Positions 9,278-19,858 of a stretch of 64,000 bases of DNA are shown here, piece by piece; position 1 is the first letter of the stretch, and each line of letters starts with the position of its first letter. This DNA comes from Acidimicrobiaceae bacterium. Lineage in GTDB: Bacteria > Actinomycetota > Acidimicrobiia > Acidimicrobiales > Bog-793. The notes under the pieces are model-generated. The model made no database searches, was not told the DNA's origin, and saw only the letters and a program-made list of their open reading frames with translations. The DNA is taken from assembly GCA_027306925.1 (NCBI GenBank), contig DAHUXW010000089.1, positions 1,773-65,772 on the forward strand. The letters run 5' to 3'. Made by a program: the position numbers and the translations under genes.

Positions 9278-10072
9278 ATGGGCCAATCGGGGGGGAGTGC
9301 ACGGCGCGCGGACACGACGGTGCGGTCGGACGAGCGGGCCGTTTCGGTCCTCGAGATCCTTGCCCGCGCGCATGAGGCCGGCCCCACCGAGATCGCCGCG
9401 GAGCTCGGCGTGCACAAGTCGACGGTGTCGCGGGTGCTCGCCGTGCTCGAGCGTCGGGGGCTCGCGACGCAGGTGCGCGAGCGCGGTCCCTACCGGCTGG
9501 GCTCGCGCCTCGCGCTGCTCGCCGGCGCCTCGGTCGCGGGACCGCCCGACGTCTCTCGCGCCGCTCGGCCGGTCTGCGAATGGCTCGCGGCCGCGGCCGG
9601 CGAGACGGCCGGCGTCGCGGTGCTGGAGGGCGGCGAGGCCGTGAGCATCGCGGAGGTCCGGGGTGCCGCCGCGGTCACGAGCAACCACCCGATCGGCCGA
9701 CGCTCGCCGCTTCACGCGACGTCCACGGGCAAGGTGCTGCTCGCGTACCTGCCCGCCGCGCGCCGCCTGGAGCTGCTCGCTGGACCGCTCGCCCGCTTCA
9801 CGCCGTCGACGCTCACCGCGTCCGCCGAGCTCGCCGGCCACCTCGACGAGGTCGTGGACCGTGGCTGGGCGTCCGCGCTCGAGGAGTGGGAGATCGGCCT
9901 GAACGCGGTCGCCGCGCCACTGCGCTCGCACGACGGCGATGTCGTCGGCGCGCTCAGCGTGTCGGGCCCCTCCTACCGGCTCGGTCCCGACGAGGTCACC
10001 CAGGCCGCCGCGCTCGTGTGCAAGGCGGCACGCGAGGTGAGCAGCCTGCTCGGCTACGTGTCGTCGGCCTGA
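9278..10072 (+). CDS. IclR family transcriptional regulator
   Basis: ATG at 9278. Has SVLEILARAHEAGPTEIAAELGVHKSTVSRVLAVLERRGL (wHTH) and a C-terminal IclR effector domain (GLNAVAAPLRSHDGDVVGALSVSGPSYRL). Confidence 0.85.
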   Translation: MGQSGGSARRADTTVRSDERAVSVLEILARAHEAGPTEIAAELGVHKSTVSRVLAVLERRGLATQVRERGPYRLGSRLALLAGASVAGPPDVSRAARPVCEWLAAAAGETAGVAVLEGGEAVSIAEVRGAAAVTSNHPIGRRSPLHATSTGKVLLAYLPAARRLELLAGPLARFTPSTLTASAELAGHLDEVVDRGWASALEEWEIGLNAVAAPLRSHDGDVVGALSVSGPSYRLGPDEVTQAAALVCKAAREVSSLLGYVSSA

Positions 10073-10231
10073 GGGCCGCGTGCGGGGTCCGGCGGCCTGC
10101 GAACGGGCAACGACGTCCGATACGCCCGGTCGCGCCGCGCTGAGCCGGGCCGTGGGGAACGACGGGGCGCGGGAGCTTCCCGCGCCCGTGCTCGGGGGAC
10201 GACCGGGCCGGGGGCGATCACCTCGCGGCGG

Positions 10232-10900
10232 TCACGTGTGGGCGGTACCCCTGTGCTCGAACGCCATGGCCCGCTGGAGCGCGGCAGCCTTCATGTCCTC
10301 GGGGATCTCCACTGCACCACCGAGACCGACGGCGTTGATGGCGGCCTGAGCAGCCTCCTCCACGACGGCGCCGATCATGACGGCGAGCTCCGGCGTGCGG
10401 TGGAACAGCAGCACGCCGTGGTTCGCCAGGAGAAGTGCCGGCACGCCCGGCACGATCGCGGCCCGGATGTTGGCGACCGCGTGCTCCGACCCCCGTGGTC
10501 CGTAGCTCGCCACCGGCACGCCATCGGGCAGGCCGAACATGGCCAGGGCCTCGATCCAGCAGCCGATGGGGCGCCGAGCGACGGCAAAGGCCGTGGCGAA
10601 CGGCGAGTGGGTGTGGAGCACGCAGCCGATGTCGGCCCGATCGGCGTACAAGGCCGTGTGCATGGCGACGACCGCGGCCTGGATCGGGGGAAGCCGGCCC
10701 TCGCGGAGCGTGCCGTCGAGGGCGACTCGGACTACGGCCTCGGGCAGGTGGTTCCGCAACGACGGCCCGCCGGTGAAGTACATCTCGTCCCCACCGGGCA
10801 CACGCAGGCTGACGTTGCCGTGACCGTTTGCGGAGATCGCCCCCGAGGCCACGACCTTGTTGGCGACCTCGATCACCTGGTCGACCATGTCCGAGTCCAT
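10232..10900 (-). CDS. Class II aldolase/adducin family protein
   Basis: 222-aa ORF with GHGNVSLRV, HTALYADRADIGCVLHTHSPFATAF and LLLANHGVLLF motifs. Confidence 0.8.
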   Translation of the reverse strand: MDSDMVDQVIEVANKVVASGAISANGHGNVSLRVPGGDEMYFTGGPSLRNHLPEAVVRVALDGTLREGRLPPIQAAVVAMHTALYADRADIGCVLHTHSPFATAFAVARRPIGCWIEALAMFGLPDGVPVASYGPRGSEHAVANIRAAIVPGVPALLLANHGVLLFHRTPELAVMIGAVVEEAAQAAINAVGLGGAVEIPEDMKAAALQRAMAFEHRGTAHT

Positions 10901-11189
10901 GCGCCCCCATTCTCGCAGCGCCTGCGCAACTAGCGGACGCTACTTGACGACCCCCGGCCCGAGCCAGAGCCCGAGGAGGCGTTGCCGTACCTGCCGGCGC
11001 GCGACCGGTTCACCTCTGCCCACCTTCGTCCTGCGTGGCTCTTCTCGAGCACGTCGCTTGCGGCCCGAGCGGAGCCACCGGCGGCCCGCAAGGTGTCGGC
11101 GTCGAGGTCGACGCCGTCGCTGCGGACCCCGGTCGCCCCGCCGGCTTCGAGAAGGTGGCCCCGCCGGTCGGCTGCGCCTGCGGCCCGCT

Positions 11190-12395
11190 TCAGTTGTCGA
11201 GCGCGCGCCGGTACGTCTCGACGGTGCGCGCCGCGATCGCCGACCACGAGAACGTCTCCTCGACGCGCCGCCGCCCGGCCGCGCCCATCGAGCGCGCGCG
11301 CGCCGGATCGTCGACGAGCGAGTTGACCGCGGCCGCGATCGCGGCGGCGAACCCGTCCGGTCTCACCGGGAGGCGCTCGCCGTCGTCACGGAGTTCGACG
11401 GGCACGAGCAGGCCGGTCTCGCCGTCCAGCACGACCTCGGGGATCCCGCCGACCGCGCTCGCGACGACCGCCGCCCCGCACGCCATCGCCTCGACGTTCA
11501 CGAGTCCGAACGGCTCGTAGATCGACGGGCACACGAAGCACGTCGCGTGGCTCAGCAGCTGCGCGACCTCCGGACGCGGCAACATGGCGTCGATCCACAC
11601 GAGGCCGCCGGCGCGCCCACGGGCGGTCGGCAGGAGCGACTCGACCTCGGCCGCGATCGCCGCCGAGTCTGCTGCGCCCGCGCACACGACGAGCTGGGCG
11701 CGTGGGTCGATCGAGGGAGCCGCCTCGAGCAGGTGGGTTATCCCCTTCTGGCGGGTCACGCGGCCGACGAACACGACGTAGGGCCGGTCGGGGTCGACGC
11801 CGTGCCGGTGGAGCGCGTCGACCGCGGGGTCACGGTGCCAGAGCGTCGCGTCGACGCCGTTGTGGACGACCTCGACCCGGTGAGGATCGACGGTTGGGTA
11901 GCAGGCCAGTACGTCACGTGCCATCGCGTGCGAGACCGCGATCACACGGTCCGCTCCTTCGATCGCGGTGCGCTCCGCGAACGACGACAGCGCGTACCCG
12001 CCGCCGAGCTGTTCGACCTTCCACGGCCGCAGCGGCTCGAGGCTGTGCGTGGTCACGACGTGCGGAGTCCCTCGACCGAGCTTCGCGAGGTGACCCGCGA
12101 GGTTCGCGTACCAGGTGTGCGAGTGGCAGAGGTCCGCATCGCCGACCGCGGCGGCCATCGCGAGGTCGACCGACAGGACGCCGAGCGCAGTGCCCACGCC
12201 GTCCGCGTACGGACCGACGAGCCGCGGCCACGGCGTGTACGTTCCCGCGACGAGCGGGGAGGAGCGCGGCGCACCGAAGCAGTGGACCGCCACGTCCACG
12301 AGCGGGGCGAGCGCGGTCGCGAGCTGCTCGACGTGGACACCCGCCCCGCCGTACACCTCGGGCGGGTACTCGCGGGTCATCATCGCGACCTTCAC
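11190..12395 (-). CDS. glgA: Glycogen synthase (actinobacterial GT4-type GlgA)
   Basis: GTG at 12395 overlaps the glgC TGA (GTGA). Product [25 protein letters not shown]... plus a C-terminal GT-B E-x7-E region ([33 protein letters not shown]). Confidence 0.85.
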   Translation of the reverse strand: MKVAMMTREYPPEVYGGAGVHVEQLATALAPLVDVAVHCFGAPRSSPLVAGTYTPWPRLVGPYADGVGTALGVLSVDLAMAAAVGDADLCHSHTWYANLAGHLAKLGRGTPHVVTTHSLEPLRPWKVEQLGGGYALSSFAERTAIEGADRVIAVSHAMARDVLACYPTVDPHRVEVVHNGVDATLWHRDPAVDALHRHGVDPDRPYVVFVGRVTRQKGITHLLEAAPSIDPRAQLVVCAGAADSAAIAAEVESLLPTARGRAGGLVWIDAMLPRPEVAQLLSHATCFVCPSIYEPFGLVNVEAMACGAAVVASAVGGIPEVVLDGETGLLVPVELRDDGERLPVRPDGFAAAIAAAVNSLVDDPARARSMGAAGRRRVEETFSWSAIAARTVETYRRALDN

Positions 12396-13708
12396 GCGGG
12401 CGCGACCTCCTGGAACTTGCGGAGCACGACGACGCCCTTGTCGGACACCGCGAAGCGCCCGCGGTCGGCCGCGGCGTCGACGCCGACCTGCGCGCCGGCC
12501 GGGATCCGCACCTGCTTGTCGACGATGCAGTTTCGGACGATGGCGCCGGGCCCGACTGTGACGCCGTCCAGCAGGACCGAGCCCTCCACGAGGGCTCTCG
12601 CCTCGACGCGCACGCCGGTCGACAGGACCGAGCGGCGCACGGTGCCCCCGGCGACGATGACGCCCGAGCTCACGAGGGAGTCGAGCGCGTGGCCGCGCCG
12701 GCCGTCGTCCTCGTCGAACACGAACTTCGCGGGTGGCATCGGCGGCTGCCAGCTGAGGATCGGCCACTGCTGATTGTAGAGGTTGAAGATCGGGTGGACC
12801 GAGACCAGGTCCATGTGGGCCTCGTAGTACGCGTCGAGCGTCCCGACGTCGCGCCAGTACGCGTGCTCGCGCTCGCCGACACCGGGCACGACGTTGTCGT
12901 GGAAGTCGTAGACGCGCGCGGTCCCCGCGGCGACGAACCTCGGGATGACGTCCCCGCCGAGGTCGTGGCCGCTGCGCTCGTCAGCAGCGTCCGCGGTGAC
13001 CGCGTCGACGAGCGCGTCGGTGCGAAAGATGTAGTTGCCCATGGACGCAAAGGAGTGGTCGGGGTCGTCCGGCAGACCGGGAGGCGACGCGGGCTTCTCG
13101 AGGAAGTCCAGGATCGCTCCGCCGGGCGCGGCGTCGATGATGCCAAACGCCCTCGCGTCGCTCCGCCGCACCTTCAGCCCCGCGAGGGTCACATCCGCAC
13201 CGGAGCCGACGTGGAAGTCGAGCATCTGGCGCGGGTCCATCCGGTAGATGTGGTCGGCGCCGAAGACCATGACGTGCTCGGGACGCTCGTCGCGGATGAG
13301 GTTCAGGTTCTGGAAGATCGCGTCGGCCGAGCCGGAGAACCAGTGCGGGCCGAGGCGCATCTGCGCGGGCACCGTTGCCACGTAGTTCCCGAGCTGTGGG
13401 GAGAGGCGCCAGGTCTGGCTGATGTGCCGGTCGAGGCTGTGGCTCTTGTACTGCGTCAGCACGACGATCTTGCGATAGTCGGCGTTCGCGAGGTTCGACA
13501 GCACGAAGTCGACGAGGCGGTAGCAGCCGCCGAACGGCACGGCGGGCTTCGCGCGGTCTGCGGTGAGCGGCTCGAGGCGGCGCCCGCGCCCGCCCGCGAG
13601 GACGATCGCGAGGACGGAGGCCCTCCCGGGGCCCGAACGATCTGTCACGGCCGCCTCCCTCGTGATCCGAAGCGCGTCTCCCCGGGAGGACGGCGCGCGC
13701 TCCGACAT
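12392..13708 (-). CDS. glgC: Glucose-1-phosphate adenylyltransferase
   Basis: [53 protein letters not shown] and an LbH C-terminus. Start is ATG 13708, or alternatively GTG 13648. Confidence 0.85.
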   Translation of the reverse strand: MSERAPSSRGDALRITREAAVTDRSGPGRASVLAIVLAGGRGRRLEPLTADRAKPAVPFGGCYRLVDFVLSNLANADYRKIVVLTQYKSHSLDRHISQTWRLSPQLGNYVATVPAQMRLGPHWFSGSADAIFQNLNLIRDERPEHVMVFGADHIYRMDPRQMLDFHVGSGADVTLAGLKVRRSDARAFGIIDAAPGGAILDFLEKPASPPGLPDDPDHSFASMGNYIFRTDALVDAVTADAADERSGHDLGGDVIPRFVAAGTARVYDFHDNVVPGVGEREHAYWRDVGTLDAYYEAHMDLVSVHPIFNLYNQQWPILSWQPPMPPAKFVFDEDDGRRGHALDSLVSSGVIVAGGTVRRSVLSTGVRVEARALVEGSVLLDGVTVGPGAIVRNCIVDKQVRIPAGAQVGVDAAADRGRFAVSDKGVVVLRKFQEVAPA

Positions 13709-13819
13709 TCTCGCCGCCCACGTCGTCCGGCGCCACGGCGGAGACCGGCGCGGCGCGCCGCGGGGCCCGGCAGGCGGCGGCGCGCCATGCCGGCATGCCA
13801 GTGCGGCGATGATCGTGGG

Positions 13820-14236
13820 ATGCAGACCGCCGACCCCGCGCCCGAACCCGGTCCGGTCGTCGCGTACGTCCCCGACCTCATGGACCGATCGAGGATCGCG
13901 GCCGCGGTCGCGGCCGCAGGTCGCCGGCTCGTCGTCGCGACCTCCCCGGCACAGATGGTCGCACTCGCCGGCGAGCCGGGCGCGACGTTCCTCGTCGACC
14001 TGTCGCGCCCGGGCGCGCCCGACGTGCTCGCCGCGCTGCCCGTGGAGCGCAGCGTCGGCTTCGCCGGGCATGTCGAGCGTGACCTCATCAGCCGAGCGCG
14101 TGCGGCGAGCGGCGCGACGGTGATCGCGCGCTCGCGGCTGTTCGCGACGCTCGCAGACGTGCTCGGACCGGGACCCGTGGGCGGGCGGTCCGACGCTGTG
14201 GAGCGTCCGGAGGAGGGAGCGGGCGGGCAGCCGTAG
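13820..14236 (+). CDS. Hypothetical protein (138 aa)
   Basis: ATG at 13820 within ORF 11702..14236. High third-position G/C. Sequence [30 protein letters not shown]... has no motif I can name. Confidence 0.5.
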   Translation: MQTADPAPEPGPVVAYVPDLMDRSRIAAAVAAAGRRLVVATSPAQMVALAGEPGATFLVDLSRPGAPDVLAALPVERSVGFAGHVERDLISRARAASGATVIARSRLFATLADVLGPGPVGGRSDAVERPEEGAGGQP

Positions 14237-14269
14237 CCGAGCGTGGGTCGGGCGGGGGTTGCTCGATCG

Positions 14270-15253
14270 TCAGCCGAGATGCCGCTCGTTGCGCGGCTCC
14301 ATCCCCGCGGCGCGGTACGCGGCGTCGATCGTGGCCATGTTGGCGACCGCGTCCGGTCCGCCGGTGAGCGGGGTCCCTCCGTGCTCGAGCAGGTCGACGA
14401 AGGCTTCGAGCTGGTAGTGGTAGGTCGTCCGGCCGGTGACCTCCTCGTCGATCGTCCCGCCGTCCTCGAAGGTCGCGCGTAGCCGGTTCCCCGTGTGCGG
14501 CGTGATCGGGTTGTCGACGGTCATCGTGCCGTGCTCGCCCTCGGCGGTGAGGAACGCGACGAGCTCCTGACCGTCTTGCATCGAGGTGCGGACGCGTGCG
14601 TCGACTCCCGACGGGAAGCGCAGGTCGGCGACGAGCACCTCGTCGATCCCCGGCGGCTCCTCGATTGCGCTCGCCCGCTCGACTACGGGCTCCTCGCCGA
14701 CGAGCGTGCGCACCCAGTGGATCGCGTAGCAGCCGAGGTCCATGAGCGCGCCACCACCGAGCTCGGGCTGGTAGCGGATGTCGGAGCGGTCGTGGATGTC
14801 GGTCGAGAACTCCGCGTCGACGCGCGAGAGCGGGCCGATGCGTCCTCCGATCTCGATCATGCGCGCCGCGATCGGGTGGTAACGCCAGTGGAACGCCTCG
14901 ACGAGATGGCGACCCGTGCGCCGCGCGACCTCGACCATCTCGCGCGCCTCGTCCGCGTTCGACGCGAACGGCTTCTCGACGAGCACGTGCCGACCGGCCT
15001 CGAGCGCGGCGATCGACCACTGCGCGTGGAGCGCCGCGGGGAGCGCGACGTACACCGCGTCGAGGCTCTCGTCCGAGACGAGCGCCGAGTAGTCCTCGTG
15101 GACGGTCGCGATCCCGTGCTCGGAGGCGAAGGCCTCGGCGCGGCTGCGGTCGCGAGCCGCGACGGAGGCGACAACCACTCCCGCGGTGTCCGCAGCGGGC
15201 ACAAGCAGGGCCTTCGGGACGATCCGGGCAGCGCCGAGGACTCCGATGCGCAC
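14270..15253 (-). CDS. Gfo/Idh/MocA family oxidoreductase
   Basis: GTG at 15253 preceded by AAGGAG. Product VRIGVLGAARIVPKAL..., with EKPFASNADEAREMVEVA typical of the family. Confidence 0.8.
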   Translation of the reverse strand: MRIGVLGAARIVPKALLVPAADTAGVVVASVAARDRSRAEAFASEHGIATVHEDYSALVSDESLDAVYVALPAALHAQWSIAALEAGRHVLVEKPFASNADEAREMVEVARRTGRHLVEAFHWRYHPIAARMIEIGGRIGPLSRVDAEFSTDIHDRSDIRYQPELGGGALMDLGCYAIHWVRTLVGEEPVVERASAIEEPPGIDEVLVADLRFPSGVDARVRTSMQDGQELVAFLTAEGEHGTMTVDNPITPHTGNRLRATFEDGGTIDEEVTGRTTYHYQLEAFVDLLEHGGTPLTGGPDAVANMATIDAAYRAAGMEPRNERHLG

Positions 15254-15378
15254 GTGGGACTCCTTGCTCACGAGGGGACGGGGCGGGACGCCTGAGCGCG
15301 GCGCGTGTCGGGTCTCACGGTACCGTTCGCACGGCGGTGCCGCGGCCGCCGCGACGAGGCGGTGGCGCGGCGGCCGGT

Positions 15379-15534
15379 TCATCCGGGCGAGAATCCTCCG
15401 TGGCCGTTGTCGGGCGCGACGACCCACGCGTACGCCTCCGCGAGCTTGAGGATCGTGTCGCTCGTCGCACCGGCCTCCAGCTGCTGCAGGATCCGGGCCG
15501 CGATCGCCCTACCGAGGTCGTCCTGTTCGTCCAC
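15379..15534 (-). CDS. Small hypothetical protein (51 aa)
   Basis: GTG at 15534 preceded by GGGAGGA. Third-position G/C is high only from this point on. Product VDEQDDLGRAIAARILQQLEAGATSDTILKLAEAYAWVVAPDNGHGGFSPG. Confidence 0.4.
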   Translation of the reverse strand: MDEQDDLGRAIAARILQQLEAGATSDTILKLAEAYAWVVAPDNGHGGFSPG

Positions 15535-15649
15535 CGTCGTCCTCCCGCGTCCACGTCGTCGTCGTGCCGGCACCGCCGTCCGCGGACCGTGCGCCGCGCC
15601 CGACGGGCCGGAGGGCGGTCCCGGCAGACGAGCGTAGAATGCCGGGATC

Positions 15650-16018
15650 ATGAACAGGCGCACCGCACGGCTCGCACGTTTCCTGCAGCGCTGGTGGGAG
15701 GGGGAGATCGCCCGCGAGGACGCGACGCTCGGCTGGCGACGCGAGCGCAGCGCCGAGCAGCTCGCGTCGGAGCTCCGCCGTGACGTGCACTTCGAGCTCA
15801 GCCAGAGCGCGTCGCTCTACCGGCGGCCGGACGAGGCCGCCGCGCGCGAGGCGGTCGCCGCGCTCGTGCCGCCACCGAGCGAGGAAGACGCGGACCTACT
15901 CGTCGCAGCCGTCGTGCGGGCGGGCGAGCGGGCCCGCCGCGTGCGCGCGACGACGGGTGCCGGTGCGGTCGTGACCGTGTTCGCGCTCGTGCTGAGAAAC
16001 GTGCTGCGGGGCCGCTGA
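15650..16018 (+). CDS. Hypothetical protein with C-terminal TM segment
   Basis: 122-aa ORF with high third-position G/C and a C-terminal GAGAVVTVFALVLRNVL. Confidence 0.5.
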   Translation: MNRRTARLARFLQRWWEGEIAREDATLGWRRERSAEQLASELRRDVHFELSQSASLYRRPDEAAAREAVAALVPPPSEEDADLLVAAVVRAGERARRVRATTGAGAVVTVFALVLRNVLRGR

Positions 16019-16146
16019 GCGCGCGTTCGGCGAGCCGGCGACGGCGGTGCGCGCCCCGACCCGAAGCTGCGGCCGAGGCGTGGGGCGGGCGGGACGGGCG
16101 AGGTGCGGCGCCGGGCGCCCGGCGCGCACGCTCCTAGACTCTCACC

Positions 16147-16752
16147 ATGGTCGACGCGGATCAGGCGGAGCTCGACCGGCTCGTGACCGTGCCGAACGTG
16201 CTCTCCGTGGCACGCCTCGCGCTGCTCGCGGTGTTCGGCGTCCTGCTGTTCACGGCGGGCTACCGGGTTGTCGCGGCCCTGGTGCTCGGGCTGGCCGGGA
16301 TCACCGACTTCCTGGACGGCTACATCGCCCGCCGCTTCCACCAGGTGTCGAACCTGGGCAAGGTGCTCGACCCGACCGTGGACCGCGTCGCGCTCACGAT
16401 GTCGGTCGTGTCGATCGTCGTCTACGGCGCGATCCCCGTGTGGCTCGCCGCGGTCGTGCTCGGGCGCGAGGTCTTCGTCACGGTCACCGTGCTCGTCCTC
16501 GCGAAGATGGGTGCGAAGCGCTTCGACGTGCTGTGGATCGGGAAGGCCGGAACGTTCGGGCTCATGCTCAGCCTTCCCCTCTTCCTCGGCGGGCACGGCC
16601 CGGGGACGTGGGCGCGCGTGCTCACGGACGCCACGTGGTTCGTCGCGGTCCCGGCGCTGCTCGCCTCGCTCGCGTCGGTCGTCGCGTACGTGCCGCTCGC
16701 GAAGGACGCGCTCGCGAAGGGGCGGTCCGCGTCGCTCGGGCCGACGAGTTGA
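16147..16752 (+). CDS. CDP-alcohol phosphatidyltransferase family protein
   Basis: DFLDGYIARRFHQVSNLGKVLDPTVDRV matches the D-x2-DG-x2-AR...G-x3-D-x3-D signature. Multiple TM helices. Confidence 0.85.
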   Translation: MVDADQAELDRLVTVPNVLSVARLALLAVFGVLLFTAGYRVVAALVLGLAGITDFLDGYIARRFHQVSNLGKVLDPTVDRVALTMSVVSIVVYGAIPVWLAAVVLGREVFVTVTVLVLAKMGAKRFDVLWIGKAGTFGLMLSLPLFLGGHGPGTWARVLTDATWFVAVPALLASLASVVAYVPLAKDALAKGRSASLGPTS

Positions 16753-16834
16753 GCACCGAGCGCGCCCGGCGCGGCGCCGGGCCCGGAGATCGCTGCCCGG
16801 AGCGCGCAGCGCCGGTCGGCGGGGAGGCGTCTCG

Positions 16835-19321
16835 TTGAAGGCCGTGATCATGGCGGGCGGCGAGGGGACCAGGCTCCGCCCGCTAACGATGAACCAGCCG
16901 AAGCCGATGCTGCCGATGGCGAACCGGCCGCTCGCCGGGCACGTCGTCGCGCTGCTCCGCGAGCACGGCATCGAGGAGATCGTCGTGACGGTCGCGTACC
17001 TCGCGAACACGATCCGCACGTACTTCGGCGACGGCTCGGAGTTCGGCGTACGCATCATCTACGCGACCGAGGAGACGCCCCTCGGAACGGCGGGCTCGGT
17101 GCTGAACGCGCGCGAGGAGCTCGACGAGCGCTTCCTCGTGATCTCGGGCGACGTCCTCACCGACATCGACCTCGGTGCGCTCGTCCGCCACCACGACGAG
17201 TGCGGCTCGCTCGCGACGCTCGCGCTGAAGTCGATGGAGAACCCGCTCGAGTTCGGGATCGTCATCACCGACGACGCGGGGCGGATCGAGCGGTTCCTCG
17301 AGAAGCCGACGTGGGGGCAGGTCTTCTCGGACACGATCAACACGGGGATCTACGTCCTCGAGCCCGAGGTCCTCGACCGCGTCCCGTCCGGGCGCGCGGT
17401 CGACTTCGCGTCAGAGGTGTTCCCGGCGCTGCTCGAACAGGGCGCGCCGGTCCACGGCTACGTCTCCGAGTGCTACTGGGAGGATGTCGGCACCCTCGAG
17501 GCGTACCTGCGCGCGCACGAGGACGTGCTCGACTCGAAGGTCCACGTCGAGCTCGACGCGTTCCCGATGCGCCCGGGCGTCTTCATCGGCGAGGGCGCCG
17601 AAGTCGACCCTTCCGCGGTCATCGACGGTCCCGCGCTCATCGGCGACAACTGCCGGATCGGGGCGGGTGTCCGCCTCGGGCCCTACAGCGTGCTCGGGTC
17701 GAACGTCCGCGTGGGCGAGGGCACCGACATCGAGCGCAGCGTCATCCACGACAACTGCTACCTCGGTGCGGGTGTGAACGCCCGGGCGAGCGTCATCGGA
17801 CGCTCGTGCGAGGTGCGCAACGGCGTCCACCTCGAGCCGGGCGTCGTTCTCGGCGACGGCTGCCGCCTGGGAGGGCACGCGGTCGTGCTCTCCGGCGTGA
17901 AGATCTACCCGAACAAGGTCGTCGAGGCCGCGGCGACGGTCACGTCGTCGATCATCTGGGAGTCCCGCGGCTCCCGGTCGCTGTTCGGGCGGCTGGGCGT
18001 CACCGGCCTCGCGAACGTGGACCTCTCGCCCGAGCTCGCGGTCCGTGTCGCGATGGCCTTCGCGAGCGCGCTCCCGAAGGGCGCCACGGTGACGACGTCA
18101 CGCGACTCGAGCAGGGCCGCGAGGATGCTGAAGCGGGCCGCGATGGTCGGGCTCAACGCGGCGGGCCTGAACGTCGAGGACCTCGAGGCGGCCACCGTGC
18201 CGGTCACACGCTTCCAGGTGCGCAACGGGAACAGCCGTGGCGGGATCACAGTCCGGCTCGACCCGGACGACCCGCAGTCCGTGCTCCTGCGCTTCCTCGA
18301 CGCGGAGGGGAACGACCTCGACGAGGCGGCGCAGCGCAAGATCGAGCGCCTCTACTACCGGGAGGAGTCTCGGCGCGTGCTCGCGGCGGAGATCGGCGAC
18401 ATCGGGTTCGCGCCGCGCACCGCGGAGCTGTACACCGCGGCGCTGTTCGAGGGTGTGGACCTCGAGGCGATCCGCTCCGCGCGCTACAAGCTCGTCCTCG
18501 ACTACGCGTACGGCACCGCGAGCCTGGTCATGCCCACCGTCCTCGGCAAACTCGGCGCCGAGGTCCTCGTCGTGAACCCGCTCGTCTCGACGCCGGGCGT
18601 CCTTAGCTTCGACCGGTCGGTCCACGCCGCGCGCCTCGCGGACCTCGTGCGCTCGTCCGGGGCGCACCTCGGTGCGGTGATCTCGCCGGACGGCGAGCGG
18701 ATGACCCTCGTCGACGACACGGGCCACATGCTCTCTGACGCCGAGGCGCTCCTCGTCTTCGCAGAGCTCGTCGCGCGCTCGGTCCCGGGCGCCCAGCTGC
18801 TCGCGACCGTCGACGCGCCGAGCGCGCTCACGGGTATGTGCGCGCGCCACGGGGCATCCGTCACGCTCATGGGCCTCGCCGCTTCGGAGATCGCCGCGGC
18901 TCGTGGGGTCGCGGACTTCGCCGGGGACAGCGACGGCGGCTTCGCGTTCCCGGACTTCCTTCCCGCGCACGACGCGGTCGCCGCGCTCGTCCGACTGCTC
19001 GACCTCCTCGCGCCCCAGGGTCGCTCGCTCGCCCGGCTCACGGGCGAGGTGCCGGTGGCGAGCGTCGTGCGCCGCGAGGTCCACACGCCGTTCGAGCAGA
19101 AGGGCACGGTCATGCGGACGATCCTCGAGTCGGGACGCGACGCGGACCTCGTGCTCGTCGACGGGGTGAAGCGGATCGACGCGAGCGGCTGGACGCTGGT
19201 GGTACCGGACCAGGACCGGCCGGTCACCCACGTGTACGCGGAGGGGCGGGACATCACGGAGTCGAACGCGCGGGCCGACGTGGCGGCCGCGGAGATCCGA
19301 GCGATCCTCGCCGAGAGCTGA
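16835..19321 (+). CDS. Bifunctional sugar-1-phosphate nucleotidyltransferase (LbH) / phosphohexomutase, mannose-1-P guanylyltransferase-like
   Basis: TTG at 16835 preceded by GGGGAGG (alternatives GTG 16844, ATG 16850). Product KAVIMAGGEGTRLRPLTMNQPKPMLP, hexapeptide repeats, and a C-terminal PGM/PMM-like domain. Confidence 0.8.
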   Translation: MKAVIMAGGEGTRLRPLTMNQPKPMLPMANRPLAGHVVALLREHGIEEIVVTVAYLANTIRTYFGDGSEFGVRIIYATEETPLGTAGSVLNAREELDERFLVISGDVLTDIDLGALVRHHDECGSLATLALKSMENPLEFGIVITDDAGRIERFLEKPTWGQVFSDTINTGIYVLEPEVLDRVPSGRAVDFASEVFPALLEQGAPVHGYVSECYWEDVGTLEAYLRAHEDVLDSKVHVELDAFPMRPGVFIGEGAEVDPSAVIDGPALIGDNCRIGAGVRLGPYSVLGSNVRVGEGTDIERSVIHDNCYLGAGVNARASVIGRSCEVRNGVHLEPGVVLGDGCRLGGHAVVLSGVKIYPNKVVEAAATVTSSIIWESRGSRSLFGRLGVTGLANVDLSPELAVRVAMAFASALPKGATVTTSRDSSRAARMLKRAAMVGLNAAGLNVEDLEAATVPVTRFQVRNGNSRGGITVRLDPDDPQSVLLRFLDAEGNDLDEAAQRKIERLYYREESRRVLAAEIGDIGFAPRTAELYTAALFEGVDLEAIRSARYKLVLDYAYGTASLVMPTVLGKLGAEVLVVNPLVSTPGVLSFDRSVHAARLADLVRSSGAHLGAVISPDGERMTLVDDTGHMLSDAEALLVFAELVARSVPGAQLLATVDAPSALTGMCARHGASVTLMGLAASEIAAARGVADFAGDSDGGFAFPDFLPAHDAVAALVRLLDLLAPQGRSLARLTGEVPVASVVRREVHTPFEQKGTVMRTILESGRDADLVLVDGVKRIDASGWTLVVPDQDRPVTHVYAEGRDITESNARADVAAAEIRAILAES

Positions 19322-19417
19322 TCGCGGGCGCGTCGGCCCCGGTGCGAGGACGCGACAGCTTCCGACCCGAGTCGAGCGGCCCCGACCCGCGGCGGCGCGG
19401 GCCGATACGATGCGCCC

Positions 19418-19798
19418 GTGGACATTCCCGAGGAGCTCAGCTACACCGACGACCACGAATGGGTGCGCGCCGAGGGCGGTCGTGCCCGGGTCGGCATCAC
19501 GGACTTCGCGCAGTCCGCGCTCGGTGACGTCGTCTTCGTCCAGCTGCCCGAGTCCGGCGCGACGGTCGCGAAGGGCGACACGATCGGCGAGGTCGAGTCG
19601 ACGAAGTCGGTCTCGGAGATCTACGCGCCAGTCGGCGGGACGGTCGTCGAGGTGAACGGCGCGCTCGCGGACGCGCCCGAGCAGCCCAACACGGACCCCT
19701 ACGGAGCCGGTTGGATCTGCGTGCTCGAGCCCGCGGACCCGGCCGAGCTGACCACGCTCCTCCCGGCGTCTCGGTACCGGACGCTCGTCGACTCGTGA
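19418..19798 (+). CDS. gcvH: Glycine cleavage system protein H
   Basis: EVESTKSVSEIYAPVGG lipoyl-lysine motif and YTDDHEWV N-terminus. Confidence 0.9.
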   Translation: MDIPEELSYTDDHEWVRAEGGRARVGITDFAQSALGDVVFVQLPESGATVAKGDTIGEVESTKSVSEIYAPVGGTVVEVNGALADAPEQPNTDPYGAGWICVLEPADPAELTTLLPASRYRTLVDS

Positions 19799-19858
19799 CC
19801 GCCGCCGGTCGCCCGCCGACCGGTACGCACCGGCGGTCGACCGGCTACCGTTAGCGGG

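Noticed and set aside
857-14236. Very long ORFs in the six-frame track rich in Arg/Pro/Gly/Ala. Examples are 1343..3118 (-), the 5' parts of 857..3043 and 6231..9239, 8801..9931 (-), 10857..12773 (+), the first 2.1 kb of 11702..14236 (+), and 15817..17058 (-).
   Set aside because: These are shadow or antisense frames of real genes. Stop codons are rare in very GC-rich DNA. The frames have no motifs, poor third-position bias and extreme Arg content, and each overlaps a well-supported gene.
19399-19410. GCCGATAC just upstream of the gcvH start, resembling a sigma-28 -10.
   Set aside because: There is no CTCAA/TAAA-like -35 at the right distance. It lies only about 10 nt from the start codon of a housekeeping gene, so it is probably coincidence.
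19322-19417. Looked for a glycine riboswitch upstream of gcvH, and upstream of gcvT at 24116.
   Set aside because: No GGAGAG...CACCG / CTCTGGAGAG-type conserved cores were seen. gcvT is translationally coupled to the preceding ORF, leaving no leader.
19805-19823. Hairpin CCGGTCG-N5-CGACCGG after gcvH as an intrinsic terminator.
   Set aside because: The stem is short and has no U-tract. The FHA gene follows closely and is probably co-transcribed, so the support is insufficient.
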